Source of the DNA: Felis catus
Lineage: Eukaryota
Length of the DNA: 64,000 nt
NCBI RefSeq assembly: GCF_018350175.1
Contig: NC_058368.1
Location: forward strand, 124,064,001 to 124,128,000
Reading direction: 5' to 3'
Shown here: piece after piece, positions 13,876 through 26,013 of the stretch
Layout: each line of letters starts with the position of its first letter
How positions within the stretch are numbered: the first letter of the stretch is position 1
Notes under the pieces: model-generated
The model's database searches: none
Told to the model about the DNA's origin: nothing
Seen by the model: the letters and a program-made list of their open reading frames with translations, nothing else
Position numbers and translations under genes: made by a program

Positions 13876-14130
13876 CAGCTGTTCTCCAACAAATGTCATG
13901 CAAGCTTCATTTTAAAAAGTAAAAAATGTAAAATTATGATACATTTAACCTAGTGTACTTAAAATGTTATTTCAACATAAAATCAGTAGAAAAATTAGTA
14001 ATAAAGAATTCTACTTTCTTTTTGTATTAAGTCTTCAAAATCTGGTGTATATAGTACACTTCCAGCACATCTCAGTTTGGAATTACACCTCAGTAGCCAC
14101 CTGTAGCTAGTGGCTACCACATTGGACCTA
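13876..14130. mobile_element. MER3/MER33-like hAT DNA transposon fossil
   Basis: Terminal gtagccacctgtagctagtggctaccacattggac and internal cttcaaaatctggtgtata...cagcacatctcagtttgga. Confidence 0.7.
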
Positions 14131-14924
14131 CCACAGTCCTTGGCACGTAGTAGATACTAATAGATGTTCAGAGACTGAAGGAATTATGCAATTGGCATAT
14201 AAGATGAAGAGACCTAATCCAAGGTAGAGGGACCACAAGACCTACCCTGCGGAGGGTTGTAAGTGGTGGTTAGTAGAACTGTGCTTGTTTCGGTCTCTGG
14301 ACCATATGATACTCTCAATTTTTCCATCCTCTCCCCTGATGTGAATATTTAGTCTGGAGCCTGAAACCATCAGTTTGGTAGTTACAAAAGAAAGCTTAAC
14401 TGCTTTCTGTTCAGTGACCCTTTTTATTGGTAAAATTTCACACCTGTTAACCTTTTATTTTCTTAACAGCTTACTCTTTGAAATTACTCATGTGTTTAGC
14501 AATTACCATTTTATTTCAACCTCCTTATATATTTTTAAAACCAAGTTACTGCCAGGAATCATTGTTAAATTGAGGATCATTTGGTTGCAAGGAACAAAAA
14601 CGGATTCAATGTACTTAACAGAATATTGGAGTGACATAGTAGATAATGTCATGGATATCCACAGGCAGAGAATGCACCAGAGTTTCATGTGTTCCACGCA
14701 AACAACTAGCAAGTTGGGTATTGAACTTTCCTCACCTGGACTCTCCCCTTTGCTTATCTCTTTGCTTTTCTTCACTGTCTTCTTCATTTTCTTGCATGTC
14801 TAGAACCTGACAGCACTCACGACCTGAGCCTCATTGTCCACCACAGTCTAGCTGATTCACTCCCACATTACTAGATGAAAGAATTTGATGGGTTAGCCTT
14901 GCCTGTGAATCACATGCAATTTGG

Positions 14925-15361
14925 TTTTCTTGGACTATGTAACAAGGTACCACAAACTGGGTGGCTAAAAACAGGCATTTATTTTCTCACTTCTGAAAGT
15001 CCAAAGTCCAAAATCAAGTTATCCATGGGGTTGGTTCCTTCTGGAGGGTCTAGGGGAGAATCTGTACCACGCATCTCTCCTTGCTTCTGGTGACTGTAGC
15101 CGTTCTTGGCTTCCTTTACTTGGACACACGTTGCTCTGATCTCTGGTTTCCTAGTCGCATAGCTTTCCCTTGAGTCTCTGTGTTTTCTTTCTCTTACGAG
15201 GACACTGGTCGCTGGCTTTAGGACCTGCACTAATCTATGATGATCACATCTAGAGATCTGTACCTTAATTACATCTGCCAAGACCCTTACTCCAAATAAG
15301 ATTATATTTTCAGGTTCTGGTTAGATCTGTCTTCTGGAGGTCCAGCATTCATCCTCCTTCA
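14925..15361. mobile_element. MaLR MLT1-type LTR
   Basis: gtaacaaggtaccacaaactgggtggcta...aagtccaaaatcaag...ggttccttctggagg...taattacatctgc. Confidence 0.8.
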
Positions 15362-15639
15362 GGAAGTATACTGAAGGGATACTAGAATGGCTTCTACGAA
15401 TCCATCCCAGGTGCCACCAAATGTCTGGCTATTACACTTCTCTACACAGAACATAATTTCGTACATCTTAGTGTTCCACTAAAAAGTCCCTTTCTCTTAT
15501 TTTGGGGGTGGAATTAATGACTCCCTTTTGTCATTTTTTTGTAGCACTTTGTACACGCCTCTTTGGCAGCCCTTGCCATATTAGTTTATAGCATTGTGTT
15601 TACATGTCTCTTTTCCCCGCTTAAATTGTGAACTTAAAA

Positions 15640-15797
15640 AAATTGTTTTAAATGTTTATTTTTGAGAGAGAAAGCATGCACGTGCAAGCAGGGGGAGGGG
15701 CAGAGAGAGGGAGACATAATCCGAAGCAGGTTCCAGGCTCTGAGCTGTCAGCACAGAGCCCGATGCAGGACTCGAACTCAGGAATCATGAGATCATG
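15640..15797 (-). mobile_element. SINEC, truncated
   Basis: SINE body ends at gagatcatga. Confidence 0.85.
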
Positions 15798-15845
15798 ATT
15801 CAAGTTGCTCTTCTCCACCAGTTCACATTAATCTTCTCTGTTGCA

Positions 15846-16641
15846 CAGATGTTATTTGTGGTAATTCTGTTCTCTCTCTCTCTTTTAATGTTTAATATTT
15901 GTTATTTGAGAGAAAAAGCTAATGGTGGAGGAGCAGAGAGAGAATCCCAAATAGGCTCCATGCTATCAGTGCAGAGCCCAATGTGGGGCTCGAACTCATG
16001 AACCGTGAGATCATGACCTTAGCCAAAATCAAGGAGTCAGATGCTTAACCAACTGAGCCACCCAGGCACCCCTGTGGTGTTTATGACCTATAAAGTTGCT
16101 GAGAACACTAAATTATTGAATAAGACACCATTCTCTCTAGGCAAATAACAAGATTGAGTTCCTGCAAGCCTCTGGTTACAATTATTTCATTAGTTGATCA
16201 ATATATAACCTTGTTTTATGTGTGTTTTGGCTTAAAGACACCTTATTTAATATATATAGTTGTGTAATCCATGCCTAAATGAAACTTAGCTAATATACAT
16301 ATTTTCTCTGTAAGGCACATCACTTCTTCCACTTGGGAACACTAGCCAGCACCTTAGACCTGTTCTCGAGGGCCATTTTAAACAGCAAAACCACCAACAA
16401 AAATGCAGAAAACATGGCTCTAAATAGATGATGAAAAGGATATTTGTATATAGTATGAGATTAAAGTGTCATCTTGTTTCACCACAGCTGGGAACGTGAA
16501 CATCAGGTGACTGTTTTTGCCAATACACATGTTTGCAAATGACTGTGAAAACATCTAGAGTATTGATTTCGGGGGTACAAATTAAATTTTAGAGGGTGGA
16601 TTTGCAAACATGGAATCCATGAATAATGAAGGTAGATTGTA
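15846..16641 (+). mobile_element. MER82-like TcMar-Tigger DNA transposon fossil, interrupted by a SINE
   Basis: Matches the recalled MER82 consensus (gcctctggttacaa..., ccttgttttatgtgtg..., ggccattttaaacagc, cagctgggaacgtg, ggaatccatgaataatga...tgta). Confidence 0.8.
15884..16072 (-). mobile_element. SINEC nested in MER82
   Basis: Ends gagccacccaggcacccc. Confidence 0.9.
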
Positions 16642-17020
16642 TCCACCTGGTGTCTCAAATCCCTGAGCCATTGTGTGATTCCACCACCCAATTCTTCGTC
16701 TTGGCACCTCTCTGAGGCATTTTTAGGTTCCAGCTTTTCTTATTTTTACCAATTCAGTTACCACTTGATTCACTTCTCATTTTCCCCAAACTGGCTGCCA
16801 TCCTTTATTTCATGTGTTATTTTCTCTGCTCCCGTTTGTTTTGTGTTGTGTTTCTATACCTTTCCCATAATTTTTGTCGAGTTTGCTGAGAAAATACAGA
16901 TGAATTAATCAACAAATTCTTACCCAGGATTTTATGTCATACCCAGCACTTTCAGTCAGGTGTTACACATATACTGGGTGTTTACTAAGTACTTGTTGAA
17001 CAAATTAAAGAAGTGCTATT

Positions 17021-17216
17021 TTTTTAATGTTTATTTTTTAGAGAGAAAACAAGCAGGGGTGAGGGGCAGAGAGAGAGGAAGACATGGAATCTGAAGCAGG
17101 CTCCAGGCTCTGAGCTGTCAGTGCAAAGCCTGACATGGGGCTCGAACCCACAAGCTGTGAGATCATGACCTGAGCTGAAGTCAGACCCTCAACCAACAGA
17201 GCCCCCCAGGTGCCCC
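17021..17216 (-). mobile_element. SINEC
   Basis: TSD aaagaagtgctatttt. Confidence 0.92.
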
Positions 17217-17999
17217 AAAGAAGTGCTATTTTTATGCATAAGTTTAGTGATGGTAAACAATAAATGGAGTTTTTAATATCTTATGTAGGTAAGGGACTAC
17301 CCCTTTGTCTCCTTATTTCTGATAAATTCTTTGACTTAGGGAAACATTGCTTGAAGATGATGGGGAATGGGTTTAAAATAAAACAGGCTGGAAGGCATAC
17401 TTTGTTTTAAAAATAAGTTTTCTTTCCCTTTGCATCATAATCTCTTCCTTAATCTGTTTACTTCCTTTACAGTTTTGTCAGTTGCAAAATAAGGTAAAAT
17501 TATAGTGCTCACATGAATCCCAGAAATAATCTAATTTAAACTTTTGATTTGTAGAAAACTGAGGGTCAGGCTACCTTAGCTCAATTCTTTGCCCCACCAC
17601 TAAGTTTGGACAAGTTTCTCAATTGTTTTGGCCTCAGTTTCCTCACCTGTAAAATGGAAATAAACATACTATCAATAATTTTAAGATTGTTGTGAAGATC
17701 AAAGGAGATAAAGTTCTTAGTACTGTGCCTGACAAGTGGTAAGATCTCCACATATAACTATCATAATAACCTGCTAAATAAGCAGCTTAGGTAAATAAGT
17801 GGTTTAGTTTGGGCTCCTGACTCTCAGTTTAACATGTTTTCTTTTAGATATAAATTAAAATTATAAACCTGTTTTCTGAGTTAGCTACTATTATTTTCTT
17901 CCCTTCATCTCTTTCATTTAAAGATGATCACATGATGCATATTTCTATTTCTCTTTTCTAGCTAAAGATATTCTCAGCATTTCACCCATTACCACATTT

Positions 18000-18230
18000 T
18001 TAATCACTTCCTGAAGAGAAAATTTAAAATTTAGTCATTCCTTTTAATTGTTTATGACACTTTCAGATGGTATTTTTCCTGTAAAGTTGAGTACTCTCAC
18101 GGAAGCACATTTTTTTCCAGTTACAATAATGTACTTCACTTCCCAGCATAAATGGGTTAAGTGCCACACTGGCTTGGGCTTTGCTTAAAAGCAAAGAGAA
18201 AGCTCCCAGGCAACCAGAGAGGAAATAGTC
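18000..18230 (+). promoter_or_regulatory. Candidate IL31RA promoter with STAT (GAS-like) and ETS/PU.1 motifs
   Basis: CACTTCCT 18005-18012, TTCCTGTAA 18076-18084, CGGAAG 18100-18105, ACTTCACTTCCC 18133-18144 and GAGGAA 18219-18224, clustered in non-repeat sequence around the 5' exon. Confidence 0.45.
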
Positions 18231-18353
18231 AAACATCTCTATGTCGATAAATTCCAAATTCCACTCCCTGTCCTAACATGGCCTGTAGGGGACAGAGCAC
18301 TTTTGATGGGGATCCTTTGAACCGGCAGGACATCTTCTGGATACCACAGAGAG
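18121..18353 (+). other. IL31RA: IL31RA probable 5'UTR exon (ortholog of the human exon that ends in ATG-AAG, MK isoform)
   Basis: Acceptor ttttttccag ends at 18120 and a strong donor GAG|GTGAGT begins at 18354. The sequence (ttacaataatg...ttcccagcataa...gcttaaaagca...atcctttga) resembles the recalled human IL31RA/NR10 cDNA 5'UTR. No ATG is open in frame to the next exon. Confidence 0.75.
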
Positions 18354-18539
18354 GTGAGTGCCACGTTCAGAGTCTAATAACTCCAATCCTTGCAAATTGG
18401 GCCTCTTTTTCTATTATGTGAGGGTCTTTTTCTGCTTTCTTCAGTGAAACTATGGGTCAGAACCCAGCACATAAATTACTCCTTAGTTAGACTGCTCTTT
18501 GGTAATTACAGGGAATCTCATCTTTTGGCAGCTAATGTT

Positions 18540-18732
18540 TTAATGTTTGCTTATTTTTTGAGAGAGAGAAAGCAAGCTGGGGAAGGGCAGAGAGGGAGAG
18601 AGAGATCCCAAGCAGGCTCTATGCTTTCACTGCAGAGCTCTATGTGGGGCTCGAACTGACAAACTGTGAGATCATGACCTGAGCTGAAACCAAGAGTGGG
18701 ACACTTAACTGACTGAGCCATCCAGGTGCCCC
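18540..18732 (-). mobile_element. SINEC
   Basis: TSD ttttggcag(c/t)taatgtttt. Confidence 0.92.
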
Positions 18733-19769
18733 TTTTGGCAGTTAATGTTTTAAAATGCTGCAGCAGGGGTGGAAATCATGGGGGCCAGAGGTCAGGGGCT
18801 GGTGAAAGTATGTGAATATAATGGATTTATCTTTCTGAAACTCTAGGCTAGAGAAAATTAAACCTAGGAAGAAAGGTTCGAAGGAAGATTCTTTCGTGTA
18901 TTGGTGTTTTGTGGCAGCAGGGTTGAGGGACAGTAAATCACTAATAGCTACTGTTTTTGGTGGAAAGAGTCTAAGCTTTGGAATAAGACAGTCATGGGTT
19001 TGAATCTCAGCGATGCCACTTATAAACTAAATGATTTTTGGACTGGTTACATAATATCACTGAGCCACAACTTCCATATCTATAAAGCAGAGATAATAAT
19101 ATCTTCTCCACAGGGATTTTTAGTAGACCAAGATATAATTTGTGTAATATAATTAGCACATTGGAGACTCTCACTATCATATCACAATTATGTTTTTGCC
19201 AATCTTGCTGCTAGCATCTCAAAATGTTCTTTGTATGAAGGCACCTTGAGTGGATTTATAGATTTTGAAACTGAATGTGGTATTTTGACAGCTTTTTCTT
19301 TTTACATTTAGATACAATGGCACATAACATTAGTTTTAGGTGTACAAAATAATGATGTATATTTGTATATATTGTGAAACGATCACCACAATAAGTCTAG
19401 TTAACAACCATTATTATACATAGTTAAGGAATTTGGTGGGACTGAATGAGGCTGGGCAGCTTGCTGCTTGCTTCCTCTCTCCCATCAGTAGAGTTCACGG
19501 GTTCTTAATTAAACCTGCAGCCAGAGTGCTGTCCCTAGAATTTATTCCTTCTTTTCCCATCCTTTAAAAACCCAATTCCATGCTATGCATGGTTTCTGAT
19601 ACAGAATGGATATCAACATACATTAAGTGAATGTATGAATAAATGAATGAATGAAAGTAGGACCAGCGCTGGGAAAACACATACATTTTTGTACAAGTGT
19701 ATTCAGATGAAAGTTTGCATCTAGGATGCACCCTTGAGTGGGAACTTTTGAGTTGCCAAAGGACACCTT

Positions 19770-19810
19770 TGTGTGTGTGTGTGTGTCTACGTGTGTGTGT
19801 GTGTGTGTGT
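19770..19810. repeat. Interrupted (TG)n microsatellite
   Basis: Direct read. Confidence 0.9.
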
Positions 19811-20419
19811 ATAATGGAATGCTAGACAGTAAACCCCCACACACACTATTTCTTTTGCTTTGGTCATATGAGATAAGATGCAGTAAGGCAGAGATAATTT
19901 AACATGTTAGCATTTTTAGCAGAAACTGGCAGAGGAAGTATCTCCTCCTTTGTTTCTTGCTTCTTGTTCCCAGTCAGTGTGCATAGCCAGTAATAATTCC
20001 TTGGATTTGTTTCCAGTCCTTCTAAAAGTAGCTATTACTGTGTTTATACCTTTAAGGATAAGACACCACAGGTTACTTAAGTGGCATCACTATATGTTCT
20101 CAGAGTCCTTTAGTCCAACATGGAATATTCATAGTGTTGTTTGAGAATTCTGGGTCTCCATTAAATGCTGTATTCATCTGAGGTCCCATAATGAGATGTA
20201 TATTTCTAGGAAGTGACCTTTTATTGAAGACAGTTGTTCAAAGATGCTGCATTTTAGAAGTTAGGGCTGATGACCAGGGAGTACAGGAAATGATTTGCTT
20301 TCCTCCAGAGCAAGGCATAATCTTTTTGAATTTTCTGTGGCCCAGAGTGTTGGTACACCTGGAATTGCTTAGATTTAGGAAGGCTAATTTACCTCATTTA
20401 AGACTTCAAGAGACTGATG

Positions 20420-21385
<966 letters not shown>

Positions 21386-22351
21386 AAGGAGAGGATAGTC
21401 TTTGTAATGACTCACATCCCTTGTTCAGGGTCTCCTCCTCTAAATCATTCATCAGAGAAGTATTCACAGAATCACAGCAATGGTGGAGATTTGTAGTTTT
21501 GAGTTTTCTTTCATCAAGATTGTGGTTAGGTCTAGCAGTTGCCTTTTTTGGAGTATACCACTGCAGTACCAGGAAGTTTCATCATTTCCTCCAGGAGATA
21601 GTACTCTATCAACTTCTACCTTTTTTAACCGTCAATGTTTTAAGGTCTGAGGTGAGCGCTCCTTTTTGTTCTCAAAGTCTCCTTCCATTTAAGATATAAT
21701 TAGTCAAGTAGTTTCCTGCAACTAAATGACAATGATGGTTTTCCAGGTCCACCTGAGGTTACACCCAGATTTTTCTTGGCTGGAGTTTAGAGTGTACTCA
21801 AGCTCTTCAACTGCATATTTACCCACTGGTTTACTCTCACAGATAACTACGATGGCTTTGTACACAGATTTTGCTACTTGAACTCCCAACTGAACTTATT
21901 TCTAAGTCCCTGGGAGGCACCTCACATTTGTTCATATCTACTACCCACAAGTAATCTCTTTGTGGTGGTCCTCTGGTATTGGAGAGAATGTGGAAAAGGC
22001 ACTGGAGGATAGGCAAATGGTAGAATGAGGGGCACTCACCATATTGCACCAATTGTTGGCTTTCTGCAGTCATTAGAGTCAAATGAGTCATTGGCTCATT
22101 TCTCTCTTTAGATGCTCTGCTCTCATTGCACTATTAGAATTACAGCACTTACCATGTGGTATTTGCTATTACTATCCATGATTCTGTCTCTGCAAGTAGA
22201 TCTATGGTTCTCAATTCTTTTTTTCTTCTCAGACCCATTTGGAGGGATATGATTTGGAGCCATCAGTAATAGTAGCTCACTCTGGACTGTGGCATCCTCT
22301 CCACCCTCTGACTCCCTTTCCTTGTTAAAAAAAAAAAAAATCACTGAACTA

Positions 22352-22559
22352 GGGACACCTGGGTGGCTCAGTTGGTTAAGCATCCAACTTCGGCTCAGAT
22401 CTTGATTTTGCATTTCACAAGTTTGAGCCCCACATCCGGCTCTGTGCTGACAGCTCAAATCCTGGAACCTGCTTCGGCTTCTGTGTCTTTGTCTCTCTCT
22501 CTGCCCCTCCACTCATGTTCTTTGTCTCTGTCTCTCTCAGAAATAAACATTAAAAAAAA
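22352..22559 (+). mobile_element. SINEC
   Basis: gggacacctgggtggctcag head; flanking cactgaactag duplication. Confidence 0.92.
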
Positions 22560-24368
22560 GCCACTGAACTAGAGTGAAATTGGGGGCAGGATGATCTTTT
22601 ATTCCAAGCATCTGATGTGTGTCTGGGACATTGATGAATGAACAACACAATGCCAGAGGCCACCAGCTGATTCAAGGGAGAGTCAGAGCTAGAACGCAGG
22701 CAGTGTCAACTTCTAGAATGCTCCTCTCTTCAACTACTGCAGTTTTTCTATCTTTGTCTCTGAGCATGATTTAGTACTGTTGATTTTTTTCAGAAAGGGT
22801 CTTTTTAAATTCACAAATAATAGATGGGTCTTTTTAAATTCACAAATAAATTCTCATTCCCATTAAAAACATTCCCATTGTTTTTAAAATATTCAACAGT
22901 TAACATTGATGAGATTTTAAAAACATAAAACCCCATGTTAGAATAACAATTTTAGCTTTAATATCTATAATTATTCATTTACTCAATTACTGAGAATTTG
23001 AGCTTTAATACAGTTTTCATGGTTGGGCCTCCCTCCATTTCCAGAATGCTTTTAGATCTAATATAAAGGTGTGACTTCTAGCTAAGAGATGGAGAAAATT
23101 AAGACAATGTTCTGAATAATTAGGCACTAAAAATGCCATTAGTATTACATTTAATTTTAAAGAACACATTTATTCTTTATTTAAAAATTGTAAAATTTCT
23201 CTTTGTTTTGTGCTCATTAAATCAAAACATTTATTTCCTGAGAGAATAGCTACTGCTGTTGAGTAACATGTGTTTACTATTTGCTATTGTGGAACCAGCA
23301 AACATTGTTTCCTGATGGTATTTTTATTATTATAGACCCAGATTCTTTCTGCTTTATTGCCATAGGCATTTTCAATTAGTAAGATATTTCAATTGATTCG
23401 CGTAAGAGAAAATCTTATTCCTTGTGGTTTTCTCCAGAAATGATGCTTGTGAACTTTTCTCAAATGATTTGTTGAGAACTCCTTTTTTTTCTTATAATCT
23501 GTCAAATGAAAATGTGGCATCCTTTATCTCTTCCTGAAATGAGTTCTTGCTTTTACATTTGCTTGACCCTTAGATTATTCCACCATCTCACGTGGGATGA
23601 GATAAGAAGGAAGCAGCCTTTTTGTCCTAATCAATTCCATTACCAGTATTGTATGCCTACCATGCCTACCTTAAGTAGGTACTTAGGTAGTTAGGCTTCA
23701 AAGAGAAATAAGAGAAGCTTCACTATTCAAAAGCACTATGTAGAGAAGCCAACAGGTAAACTGTTAAACACCAATCTGTGTGACACATGCTAAGGTATAA
23801 GTGGCATGGAGAAGAGTTGGTGTCCAGGGAGGAAATGGCTAGCCAACTCCATCTGAGGCTTCAGGGAGGTGTTCAGGGAAGGTTAGCCTTGAGATGAGTC
23901 TGGAAGGTGGGATTAGTTTGCCAAAAATGAGGCTAAAAGGACATTGTAGGAAGAAGGAACCACATGAACAAAGCGTGGGGATGTAAAATACCATGACAAT
24001 TTGGGGAAATTGTAAGTTGTTCTATTTGGCTGCTGTGTTTAGGGCCTGAGGCAGACACCAGATGATGGTCTCAGATCTATACAACCGAGAGTACTTACTT
24101 CTGGAGTATATTTTTCGTAGCTGGTGTACTTTTCACATTACATAGTAGAATGAATTATGGACAAATTAAATGTTGACTGGGGTTGATGCAGTAACTATGA
24201 AAGGATCTATATGATGATGGCCAAAAATATAGTAAGATGAAAAAAAGATTCTGCCTGAAACCCCCCAGAATCTGTCATTGGAAATGGAGTTGTTTAAGAG
24301 ATAGGAAACTAACTTTTGACTGATGACGTTTTCAGTTCTCTCCTCAGCCTGCCTGCATTGACTTGGGG

Positions 24369-24426
24369 ATGATGTGGGCCCATGCACTGTGGACACTCCT
24401 CCTACTCTGCAAGTTCAGCCTGGCAG
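24369..24426 (+). CDS. IL31RA: IL31RA first coding exon (exon 24336-24426), signal peptide MMWAHALWTLLLLCKFSLA
   Basis: ttttcag acceptor ends at 24335. Reads FSPQPACIDLG-MMWAHALWTLLLLCKFSLA, matching human LSPQPSCVNLG-MMWTWALWMLPSLCKFSLA. Donor CAG|GTAGGT at 24427, phase 1. Confidence 0.95.
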
Positions 24427-24987
24427 GTAGGTTGACCTGTGCCCTTTTATGGACTGTGTAGTTATTTTTAACTTCTTTGGATAAGAACTGTTAATTTGAG
24501 TGCAAATGGCCTCCTGGACCATGAGCGCATGTGGGTGAACAAGGGATTCGTGACCTCCCTGAATTTGTGTGGGTGGGTGTGTAGATGTTGATGTACACAT
24601 ATGTGTGTGCAAATTTGGCAAGATAGCCTATCACATTTTCAAAGGGAGATAAGACCTCCCAAAAGGCCAACGTCCAGTGTTTTAGAGTGGTAGTAAATTC
24701 TTGTATGAATAGTTTTTGTGTGAGGAGCAGTGGTTGCATATAAACACACACAAAAATAAAAAAATATATTTTCACAGTATTTTCAGTAATTTCCAAGGAT
24801 ATAAAGGGAAATGATGAAATACCGCATTTTTACAAGGGCCCATCTCAAGACTATGTGCCCGATATTCATAAACTACCTTGCAGATGTAATATCCGTTAGT
24901 TTGATTGCATCTTATGTTAAACAAATTAAGACCAGAGAGGAAAAGTGGGGATTGGGTACTGGGAACATAGAGAAGGCATCATGTCAT

Positions 24988-25335
24988 GTACCGCTTTGCT
25001 AGGGCTGTCATAGCTACAAACTGGGTGGCTTAAATGACAAAATTTTTTTTTTCTTATAGTTTTGTAGGCTAAAAGTCCAAGATCAAGGTGCCTGTAGGGT
25101 TGATGTCCTGACACCTCTCTCCTTGGGGCATAAATGGCATTCTTCTTGGTGCCTCTTCATATGGTCATCCCTCTTGTTTGTCCTAATTTCCTTTTCTTAT
25201 AAGTACACCAGTTGGATTGGATTAAGGCCTACCCTAATGGCCTCCTGTTAACTAATAGCTCCTTAAGGCCCTGTCTACAAATACAGTCACTTTCTGAGGT
25301 ACTGGGGGTTAGGCTTCAACATATGAATTTAGGCA
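24988..25335. mobile_element. MaLR MLT1A-like LTR
   Basis: gctagggctgtcata...gtccaagatcaaggtg...ctgaggtactgggggttaggcttcaacatatgaattt. Confidence 0.8.
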
Positions 25336-25791
25336 TATACAATAAATACCGTCACACGTAGTAATTGGAGGTGACCAAGAGGCAGATAATGTCTTCCAGG
25401 CCTCTCTTTTGCCATGGCCTGCCTTGTTGCCCCCTAGGGTATTCCCGTGGTACTTAGGAGTTTATTATAGACAATATAGACACATAGGCCTTTATCTCTC
25501 TGTGTCATCTAACCTCTTTTGGCCCATTCAGAAACCAAAAATTGGTCCCAGTTACCCAATTTACAGTTCAAATTATGTGCATCATGGCTCCTATCAACTC
25601 ACCCTTCCCCTCAACGTACCTTTTTCTGTCTCCTATCTGTGGCTTCTTCTCTTATTACCTTTTACTTGTACCATGTCTTATGTAACTGGCTCCAGTTCCC
25701 ACCAGACTTCCCTTCTACACTATCCTTCCTTTGATCTCTGATCAGCCCTGCCTTTCTTCTATTACCAGACACTTTTCAAAACACTAACTTT

Positions 25792-26013
25792 GGGGGCACC
25801 TGGGTGGCTCAGTCAGTTAAGCGGCTGACTTTGGCTCAGGTCATGATCTCGTGGTCTGTGAGTTCGAGCCCCGCTTCGGGCTCTGTGCTGACAGCTCAGA
25901 GCCTGGAGCCTGTTTCAGATTCTGTGTCTCCATCTCTCTGACCCTCCCCTGTTCATGCTCTGTTTCTCCCTGTCTCAAAAATAAATAAAACATTAAAAAA
26001 AAATTAAAAAAAA
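25792..26013 (+). mobile_element. SINEC_Fc-like
   Basis: ggggcacctgggtggctcag head, A tail, flanking ctaacttt duplication. Confidence 0.93.

Noticed and set aside
14375..14803. 142-aa hydrophobic ORF
   Set aside because: T-rich sequence overlapping old LTR-like text; the hydrophobicity is compositional.
22352..22430. tRNA-like A/B boxes
   Set aside because: These are heads of tRNA-derived SINEs, not tRNA genes.
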